Positions 48,782-58,928 of a DNA stretch of 64,000 bases are shown here, piece by piece. The position numbers and the translations under genes were made by a program. Numbering within the stretch: the stretch's first letter is position 1; each line of letters starts with the position of its first letter. Source of the stretch: an uncultured archaeon (GTDB taxonomy: Archaea > Asgardarchaeota > Lokiarchaeia > Sigyniarchaeales > SOKP01); NCBI GenBank assembly GCA_964632315.1, contig CAZWEM010000011.1, positions 1-64,000 of the forward strand, read 5' to 3'. The notes under the pieces were generated by a model. It was not told where the DNA came from. It did not search any database and worked only from the letters and a program-made list of their open reading frames with translations.

Positions 48782-51163
48782 TTGAAAACTTACCAAATTG
48801 ATATAACTGGAATTGTCCAGGGCGTTGGATTTAGGCCGTTCTTATTTAATTTAGCTCGAGCAAACGAGTTGAAGGGCTATATATTAAATAGGGGAAATGC
48901 GGGGGTAAGATTGCGTTTACAAGGGCTAAAGTCTAATTTAGGTCTTTTTTTAAGGGATTTGAGAGAAAAAAGGCCAGTCATTTCATATATCGAGCAAATT
49001 TCCATTAAAGAAGTAGAATTAAATGAACGATATGAAGATTTAGCAATCATAAAAAGTGAAGAAGGTCGCGGAATTAGCCTTACACTCCCTCCAGATATTG
49101 CTATGTGTGAAAATTGTATCAAGGACATGCGAAATCCTTCATTACCAAAGTATTACAATTATCCATTCGTAGCTTGTGCGGTCTGCGGACCACGATACAC
49201 TACAGTTCAAGAGCTACCTTATGATCGGGAAAGGACAACCATGAAGATTTTTCCTTTGTGTAGAGAGGCAAAGCCCGAATCTTGCCTATCTGAATATTCA
49301 GATTTCGTAAACCGCCGTTTTCACGCCCAAACATTTGCATGTAATGTATGTGGACCTCATTATCAATTGTTTGATAATAATGAAATACAAATTACAAGTG
49401 ACTCGATAAAAGAAATCTTAGAAAGATCTGCATCAATCGTAAATGAGGGTCATATTCTGGCATTAAAAGGAATAGGTGGAGTCCATTTAGTTTGTTTAGC
49501 CGATGATGATCTTGTTATATCTAAAATTCGCATAAGAAAAGGAAAGAGGAAAAATAAACCATTCGCAGTGATGATTCCTGAACTTAAGATAATTAAGGAC
49601 GAATTCAAGATTTCAAACAAAGAGAAAGAACTTCTTCTATCATTTCGAAGACCGATTGTATTATTAGAAAAAAAAGTACCAGAATGTAATATTATAACTG
49701 AAAATGTTGCTCCTGGCCTGAATAACATCGGCTTCATGCTTCCTTATTCGGGTATCCACCACTTACTTTTCGACTTTATAGGAAAGAAGCCTTTAGTTTA
49801 TACGAGTGGTAATAAATCTTACATCCCAATGGCAATCAATAATGAAGAAATCTTCGATCAACTTAAGGATATCGCAGACTACTTTCTTCTCCATGATCGG
49901 CCCATCCATCAACGAGTTGATGATAGTGTCTTGAGAGTTCATGGTAATAAGGTAAAATTGATTAGGCGCTCAAGGGGATACGTCCCAGAATACATTCCAT
50001 TGCCTTTTACCGTGGATATTCCAGCAGCAATCGCAACTGGACCTTTACTAAGCACGACGGGAGCGATATTAAGATACAATCGAATTTTCCCAACCCAGCA
50101 TATTGGAAATGTCACTCATTTGGAAACCTATAATTTCCTTAATGATGCGTTATTTCACTTAAAAAACTTGTTAAAAATTGATAATGATGAGATTAAATTT
50201 ATAGCTTGTGATGCTCATCCTGGATTCATTACAACTAAGTATGGAAGTGATTTATCAAAAGAATTTAATGTTCCATTATTTCATATAGCTCATCATTATG
50301 CACATGCGTTAAGTTTAATGGCTGAAAATGATGTTAATCCAGAAGAGAAAATTATCGCAATCACTACTGATGGTGTTGGTTATGGACTTGATGGCAATAT
50401 ATGGGGCGGAGAAATTCTTAATTGTTCCTATCAAGATTTTGAACGAGTAGGCTCCTTAGAATATCAACCAATGATTGGAGGAGATAGATGTACTAAATAT
50501 CCTGCTCGCATGGTAGCCTCTATATTATTAAACGCTTTAGGAGCTGATGATGCAAGTAAAAAATTCTCTGGTTTAAATATTCAAAAAGATTTAGAATATG
50601 GAAGTAAAGAATTGAGCGCAGTCATCGAATTATACAAAAGAGCCGGCGGGGAATACAAGAAAAATCAGATCCCCTTAACAAGTTCGACTGGAAGGATATT
50701 AGATAGTGTATCATATCTCCTTGGTGCTTGCTCAATAAAAACATATCGAGGAGAACCCGCGATGAGGCTTGAGGGGTTAGCTACTAATGGGAATCCAAGT
50801 GCCATTCCCCTACAAATTAATATAGAGAAGAATAATAAGATAAATACATCGCAATTACTTCTGGATATTATTGAATTAAATCAAGATTCAAGATTTAAAC
50901 GAAAAGATATTGCTTCCAAGTTTCATATCGAGTTTGCTAGAGCTTTTGCCAAGATTGCAATTAATAATGCTAAAAGATATGAAATTGAGAAGATAGGATT
51001 GACTGGAGGGGTTGCATATAATAATTTATTTTCTAAAACGATTAAAGAAATTGTCTTAAGCAATCACATGCAATTTCTCGAACATGACATTATTCCACCA
51101 GGAGACGCTGGAGTTAGTATAGGACAATTAATAGGAGGTTTATTCCGTTTTTTACGACAATGA
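48782..51163 (+). CDS. hypF: Carbamoyltransferase HypF
   Basis: GIVQGVGFRPF, Zn fingers, RRFHAQ, KGIGG, HHYAH, DGVGYG, PPGDAGVSIGQ. Confidence 0.96.
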   Translation: MKTYQIDITGIVQGVGFRPFLFNLARANELKGYILNRGNAGVRLRLQGLKSNLGLFLRDLREKRPVISYIEQISIKEVELNERYEDLAIIKSEEGRGISLTLPPDIAMCENCIKDMRNPSLPKYYNYPFVACAVCGPRYTTVQELPYDRERTTMKIFPLCREAKPESCLSEYSDFVNRRFHAQTFACNVCGPHYQLFDNNEIQITSDSIKEILERSASIVNEGHILALKGIGGVHLVCLADDDLVISKIRIRKGKRKNKPFAVMIPELKIIKDEFKISNKEKELLLSFRRPIVLLEKKVPECNIITENVAPGLNNIGFMLPYSGIHHLLFDFIGKKPLVYTSGNKSYIPMAINNEEIFDQLKDIADYFLLHDRPIHQRVDDSVLRVHGNKVKLIRRSRGYVPEYIPLPFTVDIPAAIATGPLLSTTGAILRYNRIFPTQHIGNVTHLETYNFLNDALFHLKNLLKIDNDEIKFIACDAHPGFITTKYGSDLSKEFNVPLFHIAHHYAHALSLMAENDVNPEEKIIAITTDGVGYGLDGNIWGGEILNCSYQDFERVGSLEYQPMIGGDRCTKYPARMVASILLNALGADDASKKFSGLNIQKDLEYGSKELSAVIELYKRAGGEYKKNQIPLTSSTGRILDSVSYLLGACSIKTYRGEPAMRLEGLATNGNPSAIPLQINIEKNNKINTSQLLLDIIELNQDSRFKRKDIASKFHIEFARAFAKIAINNAKRYEIEKIGLTGGVAYNNLFSKTIKEIVLSNHMQFLEHDIIPPGDAGVSIGQLIGGLFRFLRQ

Positions 51164-51228
51164 GATACTTCTCAAATCTTATCTCGTTAATAAATCACAT
51201 TTAAATGCTTTCTAGTGAATAAAAACGT

Positions 51229-52629
51229 ATGGGTGGACTTTTTGGTGTTTATTCTGGAAATGAAGATTGTGTAAACGATCTATTTTTTGGTACGGATTAT
51301 CACAGCCACATGGGCACCGTTCGTGGTGGTCTTTCTGTCAAGAATTCAGGTGGGTTTCAACGATACATCAAGAATATTACGGTTTCTCAGTTTAGGTCAA
51401 AATTTCAAAAAGATCTTCCAAAATTGCATGGAAATAAGGGTATTGGGGTAATAAGCGATTTTGATGACCAGCCACTTATCATTAAATCGCATTTGGGAGC
51501 ATTCGCAATCTGTACTGTGGGAAGAATCAATAACCTTGATGAACTAGCAAAACAGACGTTGGAAAATGGGTCACATTTTTCAGAGATGCATGGCAGTGAA
51601 ATTAACCCTACTGAGATGGTCGCTACTCTTATTAGTCAAGGAGATAGCTTTCAAGAAGGTATCCAAAAATTGCAAGATTTGATTGACGGATCTTGTAGTT
51701 TATTGATTTTAACTGATAATGGAATTTATGCGGCACGAGATAAATTTGGAAGAACACCATTAATAATTGGGAAAAAGGAAGGAAGTATCGCTGCCACAAT
51801 GGAAACATGCGCGTTTCCAAATCTTGGCTATAACATCGAACGATATCTCGGACCCGGAGAAACTGTATTTCTCAGCGAGAGAGGTGTCGAACAATTATTG
51901 CCTCCAAGGGAAAGACTCCAAATTTGTGGTTTTTTATGGGTATATTATGGGTATCCAGCCTCGTCCTATGAAGGAATCAACGTTGAAACGGTACGATATC
52001 GATGTGGTTCTTGTTTGGCTCAAAATGATGATGTGGATATCGATCTAGTGGCAGGAATTCCCGATTCAGGCACTGCCCATGGGTTAGGATATGCAAATAA
52101 AGCAAATCTTGCATTTTCTCGACCATTTGTCAAATATACTCCTACGTGGCCTAGATCATTCATGCCTCAAGATCAATCTATCAGAGATCAAGTGGCAAGG
52201 ATGAAGCTCATCCCGATCAAGGAACAAATTAAGAATAAACGATTATTATTTTGTGAAGACAGTATCGTTCGTGGAACACAACTTAGAAAAACTATTCAAA
52301 GGTTGTTTGACTATGGAGCAAAAGAAGTTCACATGAGACCTGCTTGTCCTCCACTTGTATATGGATGCAAGTTTTTAAACTTTTCACGTTCACGTTCCGA
52401 ATTAGATCTTGCAGGTAGATGGGCGATTAAAGAATTGGTTGGTGAGAACGTTGAAGATCCAAAAGACTTTATTGATCCTGATTCAGAAAAATACACCCAA
52501 ATGGTTAACGTGATTAGGCAAAAATTACACTTGACAACCCTAAAATATCAACGACTTGAAAATTTGATAAAAGCTATAGGTCTTCCTAAAGAAAAATTGT
52601 GTACTTATTGTTGGGATGGAAAAGAATGA
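51229..52629 (+). CDS. purF: Amidophosphoribosyltransferase-like protein lacking the N-terminal Cys nucleophile
   Basis: MGGLFG start, IPDSG, EDSIVRGT (PRPP loop), CTYCW. Confidence 0.85.
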   Translation: MGGLFGVYSGNEDCVNDLFFGTDYHSHMGTVRGGLSVKNSGGFQRYIKNITVSQFRSKFQKDLPKLHGNKGIGVISDFDDQPLIIKSHLGAFAICTVGRINNLDELAKQTLENGSHFSEMHGSEINPTEMVATLISQGDSFQEGIQKLQDLIDGSCSLLILTDNGIYAARDKFGRTPLIIGKKEGSIAATMETCAFPNLGYNIERYLGPGETVFLSERGVEQLLPPRERLQICGFLWVYYGYPASSYEGINVETVRYRCGSCLAQNDDVDIDLVAGIPDSGTAHGLGYANKANLAFSRPFVKYTPTWPRSFMPQDQSIRDQVARMKLIPIKEQIKNKRLLFCEDSIVRGTQLRKTIQRLFDYGAKEVHMRPACPPLVYGCKFLNFSRSRSELDLAGRWAIKELVGENVEDPKDFIDPDSEKYTQMVNVIRQKLHLTTLKYQRLENLIKAIGLPKEKLCTYCWDGKE

Positions 52630-52632
52630 AAT

Positions 52633-54156
52633 TTAGGATTTCCTATCCATGGTAATGGATTTCTCAAGTTCGATTATCTTTTCTACTGACTTTAAAGGAT
52701 ATTTACCAGTAAGACATGCTAAACAAAGTTGATTTTCATTCTTATTTATTGCCTTCATTAGATCTTCGAGATCTTGATATTGTAAAGAATCTGCCCCAAT
52801 TTTCTTCCTGATTTCTTCAATATAATTATCGCCATATTGTTCTTTATATCTTCCAGCGATTAGTTCCGAGGTCGTGGGAAAGTCTATTCCCATATAGCAT
52901 GGTCGAATTACAGGAGGACAACTTATGCGCACATTAACTGATTTTGCCCCAGCATTTCTTATTAAATTGATGATTTGGGCGGTGGTAGTTCCACGTACAA
53001 TTGAATCGTCTAAAATAATCACATTTTTGTCCTTGATCACGCTTCGAATAGGGTTGAGTTTTTCTTTGACAGCTGAATTTCTTTTTTCTTGACCTGGCAT
53101 TATGAAGGTTCTCCAAACATATCGATTTTTCATTAATCCTTCGACATAAGGAAGTTTAGCTTCTTTTGCATATCCAACCGCTGCACCTCTGCCTGAATCA
53201 GGAACTGGTACTACGATTGCATCTTTCCGAAATTCTGGATCGTTCAATAAGGGATCTTTTTGTGCTAAATACATACCTAATCGAAGCCTTGCCTGTGCGA
53301 CTGAAGTTCCATCAATTTCGGAATCTGGCCTAGCAAAATATACGAATTCAAATTGGCATAATGCGGTTCTATCCGATTTTAATATCATTTCGGAGTGGAT
53401 GTCTTTTTGATGACTTAAATGCACGATTTCTCCTGGCTTTACATCACGAATGAATTCGCCACCAACCGCATCAATTCCACATGATTCTGAGGATATGAAA
53501 TATAGATTGCGTTTCTCTGTCTTCAGTTGTCCCAAACAGAGCGGTTTGAAACCCATGGGATCTCTTAACCCGTAAAGGTCGCCATCAGAAGTCAATAAAA
53601 TTAAGGAATAGGAGCCATCAAAGAACTTGCTCGCAATTTTTAGAATCTCTGGCCAATCTTCAGTACCTAATGAAAGTGAAGCGAAAAGTTGAGCAATCAC
53701 CTCAGTATCAGTATTAGTAATAAACACTCGTCCCATATCCTCCAGCTTTTTTTTTAATTCATCATAATTAGGAACAGTTCCGTTGAATGCCAAGGAAAAT
53801 TCAATATCATTGCTTTTAAAATGAAAAGGTTGCATGTATTCTGGAGCATTGAATTCTTCTGATCCTGTAGTTGCATATCTATTATGACCAATTCCAACAT
53901 TTCCATAGAACGTAGATAAGATCTTTGTATTTAGAACTTTAGAAACTAAACCCTTTCTTTTATAAGTATATATACGTCCACCAGTTCGCAATAAAGAGAC
54001 CCCTGTTGACTCTTGTCCTCGGTGTTGTTGCGAGATTAATCCATCATACAAATAATGAGCTATGGAAAACCCAATATCGTCACAAGTGACCCCAAAAACG
54101 GCACAGTGCTCTAATGGTTTATCTGAATTTGATCTTGGATTATATTTATTTGACAT
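52633..54156 (-). CDS. purF: Amidophosphoribosyltransferase with propeptide
   Basis: EH-CAVFG, QHRGQES, GHNRYAT, CQFEFVYFARPDS, DDSIVRGTT, CLACLTG. Confidence 0.95.
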   Translation of the reverse strand: MSNKYNPRSNSDKPLEHCAVFGVTCDDIGFSIAHYLYDGLISQQHRGQESTGVSLLRTGGRIYTYKRKGLVSKVLNTKILSTFYGNVGIGHNRYATTGSEEFNAPEYMQPFHFKSNDIEFSLAFNGTVPNYDELKKKLEDMGRVFITNTDTEVIAQLFASLSLGTEDWPEILKIASKFFDGSYSLILLTSDGDLYGLRDPMGFKPLCLGQLKTEKRNLYFISSESCGIDAVGGEFIRDVKPGEIVHLSHQKDIHSEMILKSDRTALCQFEFVYFARPDSEIDGTSVAQARLRLGMYLAQKDPLLNDPEFRKDAIVVPVPDSGRGAAVGYAKEAKLPYVEGLMKNRYVWRTFIMPGQEKRNSAVKEKLNPIRSVIKDKNVIILDDSIVRGTTTAQIINLIRNAGAKSVNVRISCPPVIRPCYMGIDFPTTSELIAGRYKEQYGDNYIEEIRKKIGADSLQYQDLEDLMKAINKNENQLCLACLTGKYPLKSVEKIIELEKSITMDRKS

Positions 54157-54269
54157 GTTTTTTTGAAGAAATAGTAATAAGCTTTTTGCTACATTTTTTT
54201 ATATATTTCATGACTTTTATTTATTAGTTTAATAGGATATTAACAATTTACCAGAAAAGTTGCGTTGCA

Positions 54270-54929
54270 ATTAGTGATACAATTAAATACCTAGCTTTTG
54301 TAATTTTAGCAGGAGGACAAAGTAAGCGTTTTGGGACTGACAAAGGCCTTTTTAAGTACAAAGGAAAATTATTAATTTCGTACCTAATTGACACTCTAGC
54401 TTCTTTAAATTACCCCATCTTCATTGTGGTGAATTCAAATCATCAAGCTCAAAAATACATTGATTTAATTGATATTGCTTCAATACATGGAATTATAATT
54501 GATGATTATACTTCCATTGATAATAAAAAGCTAAGATCCCCATTATTAGGTTTATACTCAGCTCTTAAAGAATTAGACACTTTAAACTTTGAATATGCAT
54601 TCATGCTTTCATGTGATAACCCATTTATTCAAAAATCCTTCATAGACCACATGCTACATGAATGCTCAAAGTTCGATGGTTGCATTCCAATCTGGAAAAA
54701 TCACTATGTAGAACCTTTATTGTCAATATACAAAGTACGCACATTTTTAGATAAATGCGTGGTTAATTTACGGCAAAAAGACTACAAATTATCTCATCTA
54801 TTGGATTCTAATTTTAAGATTAATTACATCTCTATTGAGGAAATCATTAAGAAGTTCGATACTGAATTATTATCCTTTATTAACATTAATGATATTAGTG
54901 ATCTTCACAATATAAAAAGAAAAAAATAA
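54270..54929 (+). CDS. mobA: Molybdenum cofactor guanylyltransferase; 5' end extends upstream of ORF-track start (ATT start at 54270 or GTG 54274 plus 1-nt deletion)
   Basis: In-frame upstream VILAGGQSKRFGTDK; PLLGL, SCDNPF, EPL, NIN. Confidence 0.85.
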   Translation: MSDTIKYLAFVILAGGQSKRFGTDKGLFKYKGKLLISYLIDTLASLNYPIFIVVNSNHQAQKYIDLIDIASIHGIIIDDYTSIDNKKLRSPLLGLYSALKELDTLNFEYAFMLSCDNPFIQKSFIDHMLHECSKFDGCIPIWKNHYVEPLLSIYKVRTFLDKCVVNLRQKDYKLSHLLDSNFKINYISIEEIIKKFDTELLSFININDISDLHNIKRKK

Positions 54930-54943
54930 AGAAATTTTAATTT

Positions 54944-55462
54944 TTAATAATCCTCTCTTGGTAAGAAGCCACTGATTAAACCCAAAGCTCCTCCACCTAG
55001 AATAAGGTATACCCCTAGACCTAAGTCCCCTCCTAAATTCACGATAAATGGAAAAATGCTTCCAAAATGTTCACCAATGAAGAATAACGCAAAGAAAGCA
55101 CTCTTTATACCTAAGAAGTCAGTATATACTAAAAGGAGGAACATTATACTAACCCCTAATGGAAATAGTGACCATAAGATGCTCAAGATCCGGGATTTCA
55201 TGAATATTATTTGCAAGAGCCCTGCTGCCAGGAAAATGATAAACACAATAACCAATATATAGAACAGAAATATTGGTACGCTTAAAAGAGTTGAATATGA
55301 ATCTGCATTCGCAAATAAATCAGGAATATTCAAAATGAAACCGATTCCAGAACCAGCATAACTTCCTGCTATTCCGTAAATTGCGACTATGTATGTACCT
55401 ACTAAAGTCAATAATCCGGCTACAAGGGCTAAAACTTTACCTGCACCCATGTTAGTTTTCAC
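54944..55462 (-). CDS. Hypothetical membrane protein
   Basis: 4 hydrophobic segments. Confidence 0.7.
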   Translation of the reverse strand: MKTNMGAGKVLALVAGLLTLVGTYIVAIYGIAGSYAGSGIGFILNIPDLFANADSYSTLLSVPIFLFYILVIVFIIFLAAGLLQIIFMKSRILSILWSLFPLGVSIMFLLLVYTDFLGIKSAFFALFFIGEHFGSIFPFIVNLGGDLGLGVYLILGGGALGLISGFLPREDY

Positions 55463-55629
55463 TTATTTTTTTTTTTTTTAAATGAAATGATTACTATCAA
55501 GTTAGTGCTAAAAATATTTAAAATTATCTTGGATATTCAATAAATAATTTTTAAATACAAATTTATTAATAAGTTAAAATTATTCAGTGAGTTAAAAATT
55601 ATTTAAAGAATAGATAACAATGAAAATTC

Positions 55630-57030
55630 TTAATGATACTCTATTTTGACTGAAGAAAGTTCTTTAATTGCGACTTTCTTTTGTTTCCATAATTCTTCAG
55701 ATTTCTGCACCCACTCATCAAAATTCTCAAGTTTGGTCGGATAATTCTCATAATGCTTTTTTATCTTATTACCTAAACCATTTGCTCCCAGAAGCCTTTT
55801 TACATTCTTAAATGATAATTGGCGACTCAATAATCCTCCCAGTAGACTCCCAATAAATTTTAACAATTCCAAAAAGCTCATATCCTCCTCATATTCTTTA
55901 TTTGGTTCTGGAGGTTTATCTTCTTCGCTAGTTTTATATATTAACCCCTTTTTTAAGACATAGTTCCATTCTTTTTCAGTAAAGTTGAGAATACCAGATA
56001 ATTGAAGAAGGAGAGAAGCGAATTTAGCTCCTTGATCTGTAAAGTATTTCACGTTAATGTCCCAAAGCTTTTCTTTGTTGATGTATTCTTCGCTTTTAAG
56101 CGCTTCATTTATAACATCTGCGGCAATCATATCTAACATCCAGGTTGCTGTAACACCATGTCCACTAAAGGGATAAGTAATTACCGCTGCATCACCTATG
56201 CACAAGAAACCATCTGACACCAGCGAATAAGGGGGTCTACGATATGGAGTAAAGCCTTTTTCTTCCTTATAAATCTCATATGGTGGAAGTTGGACTTTAT
56301 TCAAGAAGTCTTCTCTTGCTAACCGAGCATTTTCATATGAGCCAGGTTGACCAATTCCTAATATCGCACTATCTTCAGTATGAGATGGCCCAAACCATAA
56401 AAGGTAATATATGTGCGACGTATCTTTTGCGGGATGAGGTTTTTCGGGATTTTTCCATTTAAAATATTGTAATAAAACATACATGACATCATTTGGACCC
56501 AATTTGAAAGTTTCAACACCATAATTTTCGGGTAATCCAGTACGAATAACCCCACTCGTACCTGATGCATCAACAACTAATCTCGCATAAACATCTGTTA
56601 CTTTTCCATCGATCTCAGCCTTAATCCCTATTATTTTTTCATTTTCAAGTAGTAGTTCTTTAAAAGTTGAGTTGAATTTAAGAATCACATTTGCCTTTTC
56701 AAGCTCTTTATACATTTTCTGCAAGAATAATGATAATCTTACAATTGTCTGGAATGCTTGAACTCTAATTTCAGTAGTTTGATCAGGTGTAACAACGGTA
56801 GAATGATTTCGAATTTCAATACAGTCGGGATCACCTGGATGAAAGGGAGGTACTCCTGCTTTTTGTACCCTATCCGATTCAAAATGAATGATATCTAATC
56901 TATCACCCACTTTATCCCTGGCATCTTTATCTATCACTAAGACTGAATGCCCTTGCTTTCCTAATAACCAAGCTAAGTAGGTTCCAGCTGTTCCAGCACC
57001 TACAATTACAACATCATAATTTTCGGTCAT
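55630..57030 (-). CDS. FAD-dependent oxidoreductase, geranylgeranyl reductase-like
   Basis: YDVVIVGAGTAG, VVDASG, IGDAA...PFSGHG. Confidence 0.8.
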   Translation of the reverse strand: MTENYDVVIVGAGTAGTYLAWLLGKQGHSVLVIDKDARDKVGDRLDIIHFESDRVQKAGVPPFHPGDPDCIEIRNHSTVVTPDQTTEIRVQAFQTIVRLSLFLQKMYKELEKANVILKFNSTFKELLLENEKIIGIKAEIDGKVTDVYARLVVDASGTSGVIRTGLPENYGVETFKLGPNDVMYVLLQYFKWKNPEKPHPAKDTSHIYYLLWFGPSHTEDSAILGIGQPGSYENARLAREDFLNKVQLPPYEIYKEEKGFTPYRRPPYSLVSDGFLCIGDAAVITYPFSGHGVTATWMLDMIAADVINEALKSEEYINKEKLWDINVKYFTDQGAKFASLLLQLSGILNFTEKEWNYVLKKGLIYKTSEEDKPPEPNKEYEEDMSFLELLKFIGSLLGGLLSRQLSFKNVKRLLGANGLGNKIKKHYENYPTKLENFDEWVQKSEELWKQKKVAIKELSSVKIEYH

Positions 57031-57084
57031 TTTTTCCGTATATTTTATGTTTGTTTATTTTGTATAATATATCAGATTAAAGGC

Positions 57085-58224
57085 TTAATAATTAGTTTTG
57101 GGATTCCGTCTTACATCTTTGTAGTATAGTTTTTGGTGTTTTGGATCCATTTCTGAAAATACACTGCTTGCCTCTTTAGCAGGAAATATCTGAATTTTTC
57201 CATTTTCGTTTTGTATTACGCATCCAGAATTTGTTAAAATCCGATAATTCTCAGCTGTTTCTTTAGGATCGCCCCAACATATTAACTGACAATTTCCACA
57301 AGTAAGTTTAGTCTCTTTTATCATTTTTACAAGTTTCTCTTTATCCTCACCAAGTGCACGCAAAATCGGTTCGTGATCTCTCAATTCATATATATCAAAT
57401 CCGATTTCTTCGTTATCATTTGGCCATTTTAAGGCGTTGTTTATGGAAATAGCGAGTAATTTCATTACTTCCTTATCAGTATTGGGATATGGGTAGCGTC
57501 CAGGAGACCATGTAGACCATCTTCCATCTTTTTCCAAGCCCGATAACCCACCACATACAATTTGACATCTTGCCAAATTAACACGTTTAGCACATTGAAA
57601 TTTATAGCCATCTATGGTAATGCTATCAATTTCCTCGCTTCCAAACATTCTAAGGGCACATACCTTCTGACATAACTTGCATTCAGTACAGAAGGTTTCT
57701 TCTTTTGGAATTGGATCAGTTGGATTTAATTTTGCAGAGGTGACTACTCCTCCAAGTATGATCATAGCTCCATATCCTTTCAACCCAACATTTCCTGAAA
57801 ATCCCAGTGATGCAGTTCCACTACGTAGGGCAATCAACCTTAAAGACAATTCAGGAATCATATTAATTTCCCAACCAGGGACGTCTTCTCTATATTTAAA
57901 GTTTGGAAACACAGGCTTAGCTTGATGACCCAATTCGGTCAAAAATTTAGAAAGTTTAATTGCCATTTTATAAACACGTATATTAGTTAGTATATTATCT
58001 AACTCATGACCTCTGCGACCATTTGGCATATCTTTTCGCAAGAAAGCTCTTGCTTTTTTTCGATCTAAAGGAAGGGCAAAACACACCACTGATTCTGCAT
58101 CGGGAAGAACATATCTTACATCAATAGTAGAAGGACCATAATCAAGACATTCTTTAGTAGCAAAACCAACATTAAGTGCCCCTAAATCCTTCAGGAAATA
58201 CTCAATTTTTTCATTTAAATTAAT
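57085..58224 (-). CDS. Cobalamin/Fe-S protein of the epoxyqueuosine reductase / reductive dehalogenase superfamily; N-terminus extends ~45 codons upstream of ORF-track start
   Basis: Upstream in-frame LKDLGALNVGFA...YVLPDAESVV; SLRLIALRSG...G.SG, CTECKLCQKVC, C...C and CGNCQLIC. Confidence 0.75.
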   Translation of the reverse strand: MNLNEKIEYFLKDLGALNVGFATKECLDYGPSTIDVRYVLPDAESVVCFALPLDRKKARAFLRKDMPNGRRGHELDNILTNIRVYKMAIKLSKFLTELGHQAKPVFPNFKYREDVPGWEINMIPELSLRLIALRSGTASLGFSGNVGLKGYGAMIILGGVVTSAKLNPTDPIPKEETFCTECKLCQKVCALRMFGSEEIDSITIDGYKFQCAKRVNLARCQIVCGGLSGLEKDGRWSTWSPGRYPYPNTDKEVMKLLAISINNALKWPNDNEEIGFDIYELRDHEPILRALGEDKEKLVKMIKETKLTCGNCQLICWGDPKETAENYRILTNSGCVIQNENGKIQIFPAKEASSVFSEMDPKHQKLYYKDVRRNPKTNY

Positions 58225-58382
58225 ATACTTTCAACTCTATATATCTTTAAATTAATTAAAGTTAACTTTAGGAATTTTTAAAATTTTTGAACTTAATGTA
58301 CCCTTGAAATCAAAATGAAAAAGGCAATTTTTAAGAAAAAAAAATAAAAAAGGTATTGATTTTATTGATTAGAGGAAAATCA

Positions 58383-58853
58383 TTAATTATTAAGAAAATT
58401 GCTTAAGTTTGAGACATAAGCATTTATTTTAGAATCAGAACCCTCGATTAAAGGACCTTCAGCTTTCTCAACCTTCAATTCTAAAAATTCTGGACAGATT
58501 TCACCCACACAATCTACTTTATCAAGAGTTTTCTTCATCCCCTTGATAAATAACTTTTTCCATCGTAATGCGTGAGTCGCGAAATAGGCGATTTTCGAAA
58601 TTGGTTGTGTCATAAACTTATCTAACTCAGAAATAAATTGCCGCATTTCAGGATCTGATCTGAAAGCCAGTATTCGAACAGCGATGATTAAACCATAGGG
58701 GGTCTGTTCAGCGATGAGTTTAGGGGTAATATTTTTAATATGATCAACACTCACATCATAATCGCCTATTAATCCATTTGCCATTTGATTAGCAACTTGC
58801 TCTGAATTCCCATGCAAAGAATTATGTAAGATCCAAATTTTCTTCATGATCAT
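58383..58853 (-). CDS. Flavodoxin-like protein
   Basis: ILHNSLHGNSEQVA phosphate-binding loop, YFATH, EGPL. Confidence 0.7.
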   Translation of the reverse strand: MIMKKIWILHNSLHGNSEQVANQMANGLIGDYDVSVDHIKNITPKLIAEQTPYGLIIAVRILAFRSDPEMRQFISELDKFMTQPISKIAYFATHALRWKKLFIKGMKKTLDKVDCVGEICPEFLELKVEKAEGPLIEGSDSKINAYVSNLSNFLNN

Positions 58854-58928
58854 TATCTTGTTTTAGTTTTGTGTTAATTGATTTATAATTAGTAATTTAT
58901 AAGAAATTTGAATAGTCCAATTTTTAAA

